From the NCBI GenBank assembly GCA_038208485.1, contig JBBQYS010000002.1, positions 13,323 to 77,322 on the forward strand: a stretch of DNA of 64,000 nt, in the 5' to 3' direction. The notes under the pieces were generated by a model that saw nothing but the letters and a program-made list of their open reading frames with translations, searched no databases and had not been told where the DNA came from. The DNA comes from Chitinophagales bacterium. GTDB lineage: Bacteria > Bacteroidota > Bacteroidia > Chitinophagales > Chitinophagaceae. A program made the position numbers and the translations under genes. This document shows, one piece after another, positions 1 to 8,998 of this stretch (its first letter is position 1; every line of letters starts with the position of its first letter).

Positions 1-585
1 TCCCCAGGATGGAAAATCATTTACACAAAAAAAGGAGACCTTAATAATGACACGCTGAAGGATGCTGCTATTATTATGGAAAAAGACCTGCCTGCAGGGG
101 GAGATTCTTTGTCACAGTTGCCAAGAATCATCATTGTACTGTTCAAAAAACCTGATGGATTTTATTATCCGGTAGCACGAAACATCTTTATAGTGCCGCC
201 TGCTTATGATTCTTTATCCACGTGCCTCTCTGATCCGCTAAGCGAAACTGAACCACTTGAGATTCAAAATGGTAAACTTTATTTCAATTCACATTATTGG
301 TATTCCTGTGGTTCTTATGAGGTGATTAACCACAAATTGACCTTTCGCTTTCAGCAAAATAATTTTTACCTGATTGGTTATGATTGGGATAGTTTTAGTC
401 GCTCCTCTGGCGAAATGAATAGTTATAGTCTTAATCTCATCACTGGCAAACTGGTGAAAATAAATGGTGGAAATATGTTTGACGTTAAAAAGGATAAGCC
501 AAAAACGCTGACGACAAAAAAGTCTAAAACCTCCCTGATAAGCTTAGAAGATCTTAGAGAAAAAGATTTTGAGGCGTGGTTCTAA
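1..585 (+). CDS. hypothetical protein, 5' end lies outside the window
   Basis: Frame 1 is open from nt 1 (SPGWKIIYTKKGDLNNDTLKDAAII precedes Met76 of the listed ORF). TAA at 583-585 is followed by a hairpin plus T-run. No family motif recognised. Confidence 0.5.
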   Translation, partial: SPGWKIIYTKKGDLNNDTLKDAAIIMEKDLPAGGDSLSQLPRIIIVLFKKPDGFYYPVARNIFIVPPAYDSLSTCLSDPLSETEPLEIQNGKLYFNSHYWYSCGSYEVINHKLTFRFQQNNFYLIGYDWDSFSRSSGEMNSYSLNLITGKLVKINGGNMFDVKKDKPKTLTTKKSKTSLISLEDLREKDFEAWF

Positions 586-591
586 ATTAAT

Positions 592-656
592 TTACGCCCT
601 TATTCACAGAACGTGGGCGTTTTTTTCGATTTTTCGCCCACGTTTTGAAAACGTGT
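592..656. terminator. overlapping hairpins between convergent genes (bidirectional terminator region)
   Basis: ACGCCC(594-599)/GGGCGT(615-620) followed by T6 (621-626); AACGTGGGCG(610-619)/CGCCCACGTT(635-644); palindrome CACGTTTTGAAAACGTG (639-655). Confidence 0.55.
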
Positions 657-708
657 AACTTTTTTTGCTTTTTTACGCCCATGATATTTCTTACAAATCA
701 GGCCAGAT

Positions 709-1620
709 CTATTTCAACCATTTATCAAACCATTTGATAAATTCCCTTTTCTCTACTTCATTGTTTTTCCAGCCATGGCCACCGCCCGGGTGTAACAGGA
801 ATTCATTTTTTACCCCGGCTTCCTGTAGCTTTTTTAAGATCATTTCAGATTGCTGTATAGGTACTACCGCATCTGCATCACCGTGTGTGATAAAAATCGG
901 TGGATCATCAGATGAAACCTGGTAAATTGGTGAAACTCTACGGGCCATCGTTGTAATAGCTGCCAGGTCCCTGATATGTTCATATAGTCCTGTACTGTCT
1001 GAAAGTTCTTTAAAATCAAAAGCTCCTGCTACACCAAATCTTTTCAAATTAGGATTCATAATTGGGGTATTTGCTACTCCCCAATTTAAAAAATCGGTAG
1101 GTGGAAAAAAAACAGCCGCAGCCTGTACCCTGCTACTAACCCTATCTACAGGATCAGCAGCTTTCATGTTTATTGTATCAGAAGTTAAAGCTGTGAGCAA
1201 AGATAGATGTCCACCGGAAGAGGAGCCCGTAATACCAATATGTGCGGAATCTATTCCCAATTCCTTTGCATGAAACCTTACATAACGTACTGCTCTTTTT
1301 ATATCTTCAGCTTCATCCGCTATAGAATAGCGTGGCTGCGATCCATGCATTACCATAAAAACAGTATAGCCATTATCAGCATAAATCTGTGCCCCCTCAG
1401 CATATCTTTCAAGCATTCCATAACTGGAAATCCAGTTGCCACTTACCAGGCTTAGGATTGCTTTATGTTTGTCTTTTGTTGTAGGTGGGAGTTTTACCAT
1501 CGTGAGTGCCATTCCATCTTTGTGGCCATAGCTAATCTCCTGGTTGGCGTATTTTCCTGTGGTTTGTGCAAAGCCAATACCTGTGGCTAATACAGCAATA
1601 AATAGCAATGTAAGTTTCAT
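709..1620 (-). CDS. secreted alpha/beta-hydrolase (esterase / S9-like serine hydrolase)
   Basis: Signal peptide MKLTLLFIAVLATGIGFA; nucleophile elbow GSSSGGH; C-terminal HGDADAVVP and GGGHGW typical of the dienelactone-hydrolase/prolyl-oligopeptidase fold. Confidence 0.75.
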   Translation of the reverse strand: MKLTLLFIAVLATGIGFAQTTGKYANQEISYGHKDGMALTMVKLPPTTKDKHKAILSLVSGNWISSYGMLERYAEGAQIYADNGYTVFMVMHGSQPRYSIADEAEDIKRAVRYVRFHAKELGIDSAHIGITGSSSGGHLSLLTALTSDTINMKAADPVDRVSSRVQAAAVFFPPTDFLNWGVANTPIMNPNLKRFGVAGAFDFKELSDSTGLYEHIRDLAAITTMARRVSPIYQVSSDDPPIFITHGDADAVVPIQQSEMILKKLQEAGVKNEFLLHPGGGHGWKNNEVEKREFIKWFDKWLK

Positions 1621-1784
1621 AATACTTATTAAAATTGTTTGGATAAAATGTATTCATTTAAAAATAAGAACAATAATTGTATATTTTCCCGCAGAAATTA
1701 AATTAGCAGGCTAAAAACCATAATATAATATACCATAGAACGAGGATATTCTTAAGGTTAATTTCAAATGATAAAATACAACAA

Positions 1785-2225
1785 ATGAATTTCGTAACCA
1801 TTACCCCCGCATCCGGCGAACACAAAGTTTTTACCTATGATGAAGTTGCCAACTTCCTGGTAAAACATTTGGAACAATACGGAGACAAAAAAGAGGATAT
1901 TTTAAAATGTATACAATACGCCATGGATCCTGAGAAGGGCGGATTTATTCAACTATGCATTATCAATAATGAAATTGCCGGTGCGGTTATCATTAACAAA
2001 ACAGGAATGGATGGCTACATACCTTCGAACATACTTGTATATATTGCGGTGGATGGCGCCCACAGAGGGCAAGGTCTCGGTAAAAAACTAATGCGGGAAG
2101 TAATGTCTACAACCAGCGGTGGAATAGCATTGCATGTGGAACCTGATAATCCTGCAAAATTTTTATATGAAAAACTTGGCTTTACGAATAAATACCTTGA
2201 GATGAGGTACATACACAACTCCTGA
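1785..2225 (+). CDS. GNAT family N-acetyltransferase
   Basis: 146 aa; acetyl-CoA binding motif RGQGLGKKLM. Its TGA directly abuts the next ATG. Confidence 0.75.
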   Translation: MNFVTITPASGEHKVFTYDEVANFLVKHLEQYGDKKEDILKCIQYAMDPEKGGFIQLCIINNEIAGAVIINKTGMDGYIPSNILVYIAVDGAHRGQGLGKKLMREVMSTTSGGIALHVEPDNPAKFLYEKLGFTNKYLEMRYIHNS

Positions 2226-3371
2226 ATGATGAACATAAACACTGAAGAACTAATTGCTTTTCGCAGAGACCTGCACAAACATCCAGAATTAAGCGGGATG
2301 GAAGAAAAAACTGCTGAAAAAATCTATACTTTCCTGATAGATCAGCAACCGTCGCATATCATTAAAAATATTGGCGGCTATGGCATTATAGCTACCTGGG
2401 AAGGAAAAGAAGCCGGTAAACACATTATGATCCGTGCAGATTTTGATGCCTTACCAATTTTTGAGATCAATGATTTTTCTCATCGATCGGTGCAGGAAAA
2501 TGTTTCTCATAAATGCGGACATGATGGGCATGCAACTATACTTTGTGGTGTAGCAGCACAGCTGCATAAAAAAGGTTTGGAGTCAGGGAAAGTAAGCCTG
2601 CTTTTTCAGCCGGCAGAAGAAACCGGAGAAGGAGCAAAGGCCATGCTGGCAGATAAACATTTTCCTAAAGACAAATATGATTTTGTATTTGCCCTGCACA
2701 ATCTTCCAGGTTTACCATTGCATGAGATTATAGTAAAGGAACAAAGTTTTACTCCCTCAGTAACTAGTATTATTATTTCCCTGAAAGGTAAAACTTCGCA
2801 TGCGGCGGAGCCGGAACATGGAACAAATCCCTGCCTGGCCATTGCTGACATTATGCAAAAAGTAATGAAGCTCCAATATAATTTTCCGGCAGAGGATGAC
2901 ATGATCGTGATAGCACCTGTGCACATAGAAGCAGGTGAAAAAGCTTACGGGGTTAGCGCTGGTGCCGGAAGTGTTCATTTTACCATAAGATGTTGGACAC
3001 AGAATAAACTGGAATCACTTCAAGCAAATATTGAGGAGATAAGCAGAAGGGTGGCAGAAAGATATCAGCTGGAAATAAGTTTTGAGTACACAGATTCTTT
3101 TGTAGCCAACTTCAACAACAGCAGAGCACTCAGTTTTGTAAAAGAAGCAGCACTACAAAAAGAACTTTCATTAACCGAAATTAAAACAGGCTTTAAGTGG
3201 GGAGAAGATTTCGGGCTTTTCTCTCATAAATACAGGGGCTGTATGTTTGGTATCGGCAGCGGAGAAAATTGTCCTGCGTTACACAATCCCGATTATGATT
3301 TTCCTGATGAGGTCATAGATACAGGGGTAAAAATATTTTTCGGTATAATAGAAGAAAGTGTAAAGAGCTGA
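2226..3371 (+). CDS. M20D family amidohydrolase (N-acyl-amino-acid deacylase / hippurate hydrolase type)
   Basis: HKCGHDGH metal-ligand motif, QPAEETGEGA, 381 aa. Starts immediately after the GNAT stop. Confidence 0.8.
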   Translation: MMNINTEELIAFRRDLHKHPELSGMEEKTAEKIYTFLIDQQPSHIIKNIGGYGIIATWEGKEAGKHIMIRADFDALPIFEINDFSHRSVQENVSHKCGHDGHATILCGVAAQLHKKGLESGKVSLLFQPAEETGEGAKAMLADKHFPKDKYDFVFALHNLPGLPLHEIIVKEQSFTPSVTSIIISLKGKTSHAAEPEHGTNPCLAIADIMQKVMKLQYNFPAEDDMIVIAPVHIEAGEKAYGVSAGAGSVHFTIRCWTQNKLESLQANIEEISRRVAERYQLEISFEYTDSFVANFNNSRALSFVKEAALQKELSLTEIKTGFKWGEDFGLFSHKYRGCMFGIGSGENCPALHNPDYDFPDEVIDTGVKIFFGIIEESVKS

Positions 3372-3377
3372 AAAATT

Positions 3378-4532
3378 ATGTTTGAATCGAGCCAAATACA
3401 GTTAAGCAAAAAAGCGTTACAACATAACCTGCAATTCATAAAAAAATTACTGCATCCCGGAGTACGGTTTTGTTCTGTAGTAAAAGGAAATGCTTATGGG
3501 CATGGGCTTGTAGAGTTTGTGCGTATTGCAATGGCTGAGGGTGTCGATTATTTTGGCGTACATGCCGCAGAAGAAGCATTTACTATCAAACAACATATTT
3601 CTCCGGCCCCGGATATTTTTATCATGGGCAATGTAGATGATGAGGCTGTGAGTTGGGCAGTAAATGAAGAAGTAGAATTTGCAGTGTTTGATTTGCAGAG
3701 GCTGGAAGTTGCGCTTCATGTAGCAACATTGTTTGGTAAGCCGGCAAAAATTCATATTGAATTAGAAACTGGCATGCACCGTACAGGTTTTCCGCTGGAA
3801 CAGTTGACGGCTCTTGCAGGTATATTAAAATTGCATACAGGTAAATTTATTTTGCAGGGTCTGTTCACACATTTTGCCGGTGCAGAATCAGTGATCAATC
3901 ATTACCGGGTGATGGAACAGGAAAAAATTTACAGAGAGGCGCTATCGTTTTTTGAAGCCCGGGAATTGTTTCCTGTGTATAAACATATGGCTTGTTCTGC
4001 GGCGTTGTTGAATTATCCACATACTCAAAGCAATATGGTAAGAATAGGAATCTTACAATATGGCTTTTGGCCAAACCAGGAATCACATACACGGTTTATT
4101 GATGCTCATCATATAGACAGGGATAATTTGTTGCTTCGTGTCATCAGTTGGCAAACAAAAGTGATGGCTATCGCAAAAGTAGAAAAGGGGAAATTTATTG
4201 GATACGGGACAAGTTTCGTTGCAGATCAACACATGACTCTTGCCACTATCCCGGTAGGATATTCACATGGTTATAGCCGCAGCCTTAGCAATATTGGCTT
4301 TGTGCTTATCAATGGAAAAAAAGCAAATGTTATTGGCACTATTAATATGAACAGCCTTACCGTTGATGTTACTCATTGTGGTACTGTAGCTAAAGGAGAT
4401 GAAGTGATCCTGATAGGAAAACAAAAAAACAGGGCCATCACTGTAAATTCATTTAGTGAGCAAAGCCAGTTATTGAATTATGAAATGCTTACCAGGCTGC
4501 CGGCAGATATACCAAGAAAGGTGATCAAATAA
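3378..4532 (+). CDS. alr: alanine racemase
   Basis: PLP-lysine motif VVKGNAYGHG near the N-terminus; 384 aa two-domain layout; 6 nt after the M20D stop. Confidence 0.85.
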   Translation: MFESSQIQLSKKALQHNLQFIKKLLHPGVRFCSVVKGNAYGHGLVEFVRIAMAEGVDYFGVHAAEEAFTIKQHISPAPDIFIMGNVDDEAVSWAVNEEVEFAVFDLQRLEVALHVATLFGKPAKIHIELETGMHRTGFPLEQLTALAGILKLHTGKFILQGLFTHFAGAESVINHYRVMEQEKIYREALSFFEARELFPVYKHMACSAALLNYPHTQSNMVRIGILQYGFWPNQESHTRFIDAHHIDRDNLLLRVISWQTKVMAIAKVEKGKFIGYGTSFVADQHMTLATIPVGYSHGYSRSLSNIGFVLINGKKANVIGTINMNSLTVDVTHCGTVAKGDEVILIGKQKNRAITVNSFSEQSQLLNYEMLTRLPADIPRKVIK

Positions 4533-4622
4533 AACCCAGTAATGACAGTAGTTTAAATCTTCCAAAAAAGTGTTTATTTTTTTATTGGGAACTTTATACC
4601 TAGTCTTCATAAGGAGCATACA

Positions 4623-5693
4623 ATGGCAATATTAAAATTACATAGAGATAAACTGCACCACAATTTCACTTACCTGAAAGACCTGTTTCAAAAAAACGAT
4701 ATAGAATGGGGTGTTGTTAGCAAGTTACTTTGTGGTACCAAGCTATACATCCAGGAGCTGATCAATATGGGCATTACAGAAATGCATGATACCAGGATCA
4801 GTAATTTAAAAATGATCAAAGCACTAGGACCTCATGTGCAAACGGTGTATATAAAACCGCCGGCCCGCCGCAGCATTCCTAATGTGATCAAATATGCTGA
4901 TGTCAGTTTTAATACCAGCCTTTCTACTATCAGCCTGCTGAGTGAAGAAGCCGTACTCCAAAACAAATTACATAAGATCATCATCATGATAGAAATGGGT
5001 GATCTGCGTGAAGGAGTAATGGGAAAAGAATTAGTGGATTTTTATGGACAGGTTTTTTCTCTTCCCAATATTATGGTAGTTGGTATTGGCACCAACCTTA
5101 ATTGTCTGAATGGCATTATGCCCAATGAAGATAAACTCATTCAGCTCTGCCTGTATAAGCAACTAATAGAAGAAAAATTCAATCACCAAATTCCCTGGGT
5201 AAGTGGTGGTACAAGTGTCACTTTATCCCTTTTACTCAAAAATCATATTCCGAAAGAAGTGAACCACTTTAGAATTGGTGAAGCTTTATTTTTTGCCAAC
5301 GACCTCTTTACCGGCGAGACTTTTGAAGACATGCAATCAGGTATATTTAAGCTGGAAGCAGAGATCATAGAACTCCGGGAAAAGCCCGTAATACCTAGCG
5401 GTGAGCAGATGGAAAACGTGGCAGGTCATATACCTGAATACGATCCGGCGGATATCGATAAAACTTCTGTTCGTGCAATTATTGACGTGGGACTATTGGA
5501 TATAAATCCAACATTTCTGAGCCCGGAAGATAAAAGCTTGAAAGTAATAGAAGCCAGTAGTGATATGCTTGTAATAGACCTTGGCCAGAATGAAGGTGGC
5601 TACAAAACAGGCGGAATTATTAGTTTTGATCTGCGCTATATGGGAGCGTTGGGTTTATTAAACTCAATATATGTAGAGAAGATAATCGTATAA
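4623..5693 (+). CDS. alanine/ornithine racemase-family (fold-type III) PLP enzyme, YhfX-like
   Basis: N-terminal barrel with candidate PLP-lysine VSKLLCG; 356 aa; same strand 90 nt after alr. Confidence 0.6.
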   Translation: MAILKLHRDKLHHNFTYLKDLFQKNDIEWGVVSKLLCGTKLYIQELINMGITEMHDTRISNLKMIKALGPHVQTVYIKPPARRSIPNVIKYADVSFNTSLSTISLLSEEAVLQNKLHKIIIMIEMGDLREGVMGKELVDFYGQVFSLPNIMVVGIGTNLNCLNGIMPNEDKLIQLCLYKQLIEEKFNHQIPWVSGGTSVTLSLLLKNHIPKEVNHFRIGEALFFANDLFTGETFEDMQSGIFKLEAEIIELREKPVIPSGEQMENVAGHIPEYDPADIDKTSVRAIIDVGLLDINPTFLSPEDKSLKVIEASSDMLVIDLGQNEGGYKTGGIISFDLRYMGALGLLNSIYVEKIIV

Positions 5694-5764
5694 TCTTACG
5701 ACACAACGAACAGCATGGCTTGTATTTTGTTTATTAAAGTCTACATTAAAAATTACAGTCAATC

Positions 5765-6682
5765 ATGGATGAAGCCCTAATAGATTTTTTAAAAAACCCG
5801 ATAGTGGGCAGGGCTGTAATTATTATTGTTGGGATTTTGCTGATTTGGATACTGGTAAAGTTTTTACAGAAAAAACTTTTTAGAAAGATAGAAAGCAATC
5901 AGAGCAGGTACAAGGCTATAAAAATCAGCAGTTTTGCAGGTTACATTCTCACTATCATACTCATCATTTTTGTTTTTAGTGATAAGCTCACAGGCCTGAG
6001 TACAGCACTTGGTGTAGCTGGAGCAGGAATAGCTTTTGCCTTACAGGAAGTAATTGTTTCATTTGCAGGCTGGTTATCTATCGTTTTTGGTGCATTCTAC
6101 AAAACAGGTGATCGCATTAAACTTGGTGGTATCACCGGGGATGTAATGGACATTGGTGTACTGCGAACTACTATTATGGAAACCGGGGAGTGGGTGGATG
6201 GTGACTTATATAATGGACGAATTGTTTTTATTGCAAACAGTTTTGTTTTTAAAGAACCCGTCTTTAATTACAGCGGCGATTTTCCTTTCTTATGGGATGA
6301 AATAAAAATTGCTATTGCTTTTGGTAGTGATTATCAATTAGCCAGTGACATTATTTTAAACGCAGGAAAAACTGTAGCAGGTGATCTTTCTAAGCGTTCG
6401 TTTGATGGATGGAAAAAATTACAAAGGTATTACAGGCTGGAAGATGCAAAAACACATTCCATGGTTTCTGTAGCTACTAATGATAGTTTTGTGGAGTACA
6501 CATTACGTTATGTGGTAGACTACCAAAGAAGAAGGATTACAAAATCAGAATTATACAATAAAATTCTACAAGATATTGAAGCAACTAAAGGGAAAGTATA
6601 TTTCAATTACCCTTCGCTTCAGCTAGTTGGTGTACCAGACCTTAAAGTAAAAATGGATGAAAAAGCCAACAGGGAAAAATAA
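5765..6682 (+). CDS. mechanosensitive ion channel (MscS family)
   Basis: Three N-terminal TM helices followed by the MscS beta-domain signature GDRIKLGGITGDVMDIGVLRTTIME. Confidence 0.8.
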   Translation: MDEALIDFLKNPIVGRAVIIIVGILLIWILVKFLQKKLFRKIESNQSRYKAIKISSFAGYILTIILIIFVFSDKLTGLSTALGVAGAGIAFALQEVIVSFAGWLSIVFGAFYKTGDRIKLGGITGDVMDIGVLRTTIMETGEWVDGDLYNGRIVFIANSFVFKEPVFNYSGDFPFLWDEIKIAIAFGSDYQLASDIILNAGKTVAGDLSKRSFDGWKKLQRYYRLEDAKTHSMVSVATNDSFVEYTLRYVVDYQRRRITKSELYNKILQDIEATKGKVYFNYPSLQLVGVPDLKVKMDEKANREK

Positions 6683-6754
6683 TTTTTTTCTGGCAGCAAC
6701 TTTTAATACCTTGACCCGATAAAATAATAAATTAAGTCCTTAAAATAGATTGTA

Positions 6755-6937
6755 ATGGAAGAAGATAAAATAAAAAACTGGCCGGAAATAAAACCTAAAC
6801 TTGTACAGGAGTTTCCTGAACTTAAAGAAGAAGAATTAGATGATGACGGCAATGAAGAAAAAGTACTGGAGACCCTGCAGGAAAAATTAAAGCAGGACAA
6901 GAAAGATATTCGCAGATGGTTAAGGTTGATGGGGTAA
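6755..6937 (+). CDS. small acidic hypothetical protein (loosely CsbD-like pattern)
   Basis: 60-aa ORF, charged and helical. The antisense ORF 6703..6900 is low complexity and looks like a shadow. Confidence 0.4.
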   Translation: MEEDKIKNWPEIKPKLVQEFPELKEEELDDDGNEEKVLETLQEKLKQDKKDIRRWLRLMG

Positions 6938-6940
6938 TTG

Positions 6941-7236
6941 GTTCGTAGTTCATGGATGATGGGTTATAGTTCATGGTTCATAGTTCATGGTTTATGGAAA
7001 GGCATACCCAAGTGATTTGTCTTCAGTTTAAAGGTCTGGAGTCTATCGTCTTTTCGTGGTTCATAGTTCATAGAATGGCGGACCCTGGTGTTTTGTCTTC
7101 AGTCTAAAGGTCTGGAGTCTATCGTCTTTTCGTGGTTCATGGTTTATAGTTCATGGTTCATGGAAAGACGGACCAAGGTGAATTGTCTTCAGTCTAAAGG
7201 TCTCAAGTCTATCGTCTATAGTCTATCGTTTATCGT
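6941..7236. repeat. composite tandem repeat: three ~76-115-bp units built from period-7 sub-repeats
   Basis: Units start near 6941, 7059 and 7135. Each has a run of GTTCATG-type heptamers, then the conserved core TTGTCTTCAGTCTAAAGGTCTGGAGTCTATCGTCTTTTCGTG. The array ends in GTCTATC x4 (7207-7234). Confidence 0.9.
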
Positions 7237-7269
7237 CTTTTTTTACCTTCAAAGCTATATCTGGCAGGC

Positions 7270-8679
7270 ATGGCATTAATGAATAAAATCTTCATTTTTT
7301 TTCAAAAAAAATTTGATTCGTTCTCTAACGAGCGGATAAAGCATAATTTTTTAAATGCTGTTCCTTTCTGGATTGGTTCTCTTATTACCGGCGTAGTAGC
7401 TGTGGTATACGCCCGGATATTTGCCTGGGCAGAATTCACCACTGAATATATTTATCATCACCAGGGTTGGATGTTGTTTTTACTTACGCCGCTTTGTTTT
7501 GTGTTAGGCTGGTACATTGTCCATCGTTGGGCTCCATATGCGAGAGGAAGCGGCATACCACAGGTTACTGCAGCCATTGAGCTAAGCAACCCCAAACATA
7601 ATTTCATGGTGGAAAAGCTGCTTGGTCTTCGTATAGCAGTGATAAAAATAATTTCCAGTACCATAACTATTTTTGGTGGTGGCGCCATCGGCCGTGAGGG
7701 ACCCACCATACAGATTTCTGCTTCTATCTTTAAAAAAATAAATGACTGGCTTCCTTCCTGGTACCCTAAAGTGAGTAAGCAAAACATGATCGTTACTGGT
7801 GCAGCTGCCGGCCTTGCCTCTGCATTTAATACGCCGCTTGGAGGAATTGTTTTTGCCATAGAAGAACTGACAAAAACACATTTCAATTTCTTTAAATCTG
7901 CATTGCTTACCGGCGTTATTGTGGCAGGTCTTACTGCACTTACTTTGCTTGGACCTTACCTCTACCTTGGTTATCCGCAGACAGCAAATCCGGGAAGGTG
8001 GATCATACTTGCAGTAATACCAGTAGCATTAATCACCGGTGTGGCAGGAAGTGGTATGGGCACATTGATTCTTTTTTTAATGAAAAAGAAAAAAGCATTG
8101 AAAGGCATTTTTCGTACGGCCATCTATTGTGTGATCTGCGGACTTATTCTTGCTTCCTGTGCTTATTTTTTTGATGTGAGAACGCTCGGCAGTGGTAAAG
8201 AACTTATGGAGACAACATTATTTACTGCAAATAAAAATGTGGCCTGGTATGTTCCTATTCTGCGGATAGTAGGACCCGTATTGTCTTTTTCTACCGGAGC
8301 AGCAGGTGGAATATTTGCACCATCACTAAGTGCTGGTGCCAGCATAGGCGCTGTGATATCTGGCTGGCTTCAGCTTACTCCATCAGGAACAAATATTATG
8401 ATACTCTGCGGAATGGCAGGTTTTCTTACCGGCATCACCCGCAGTCCGTTTACTTCTTCTATACTCGTGATAGAAATGACCAATGATCATAATGTGATTT
8501 TTCACCTGATGCTGACAGCTCTGCTGGCAAACATGATAGCAACTGCCTGGAGCAAACATGCTTTTTATGACCACCTGAAGAACCAGTATATACACGAAAT
8601 TCTACAAGTAGAAACTGCTGAAGCTGATGCGAAAAAAGAAAAAGAAATGTTGAAAACGGAAACTGGTAAAACTGAATAA
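7270..8679 (+). CDS. CLC family chloride channel / H+-Cl- antiporter
   Basis: GSGIPQV, GREGP and GGIFAPSL selectivity-filter motifs; many TM helices; 469 aa. Confidence 0.9.
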   Translation: MALMNKIFIFFQKKFDSFSNERIKHNFLNAVPFWIGSLITGVVAVVYARIFAWAEFTTEYIYHHQGWMLFLLTPLCFVLGWYIVHRWAPYARGSGIPQVTAAIELSNPKHNFMVEKLLGLRIAVIKIISSTITIFGGGAIGREGPTIQISASIFKKINDWLPSWYPKVSKQNMIVTGAAAGLASAFNTPLGGIVFAIEELTKTHFNFFKSALLTGVIVAGLTALTLLGPYLYLGYPQTANPGRWIILAVIPVALITGVAGSGMGTLILFLMKKKKALKGIFRTAIYCVICGLILASCAYFFDVRTLGSGKELMETTLFTANKNVAWYVPILRIVGPVLSFSTGAAGGIFAPSLSAGASIGAVISGWLQLTPSGTNIMILCGMAGFLTGITRSPFTSSILVIEMTNDHNVIFHLMLTALLANMIATAWSKHAFYDHLKNQYIHEILQVETAEADAKKEKEMLKTETGKTE

Positions 8680-8683
8680 CAAA

Positions 8684-8896
8684 ATGTTTATAGCTCCCGC
8701 AATGCTGCAAAAGCTGAATAGCTACGAGGTGGAAGCGGCATACCTGCAGCGAAGCGAAAGGGATATTACGGACGACCCAAACTTCCGCCGTCTGGCCTCC
8801 CGGCCAAGGGAATATTACAACCAGCTAAGTGACCTGGTATTGGCAGAAAATGCGAGTAGTAAAGAGGGTGATAAGAAAACGAATTTCATTTCTTAA
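8684..8896 (+). CDS. possible small hypothetical protein
   Basis: 70-aa ORF 5 nt after the ClC stop; no motif. Confidence 0.25.
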   Translation: MFIAPAMLQKLNSYEVEAAYLQRSERDITDDPNFRRLASRPREYYNQLSDLVLAENASSKEGDKKTNFIS

Positions 8897-8910
8897 ATAA
8901 CTACTTTAGA

Positions 8911-8918
8911 GGGGGGGG
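8911..8918. repeat. G8 homopolymer in promoter region
   Basis: ggggggggta read directly, 81 nt upstream of ATG 8999. Confidence 0.9.
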
Positions 8919-8998
8919 TAGATTATCTTCAGGAAAGATGTGTAAACTTTTGTCAACAGTTTGTATATTACTGAGGACTGAACCTATTGAGTCCCAAT

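Noticed and set aside
6941-7269. Fluoride (crcB-motif) riboswitch upstream of the ClC gene.
   Set aside because: I could not find a conserved crcB-like core. The region is a tandem repeat, and the channel has canonical GSGIPQ/GREGP motifs rather than features I would expect of a fluoride-specific CLC.
7088-7279. 63-aa ORF upstream of the ClC gene.
   Set aside because: It is a translation of the tandem-repeat array (the peptide itself repeats: LQSKGLESIV...). A 7-nt sub-periodicity is incompatible with selection for coding.
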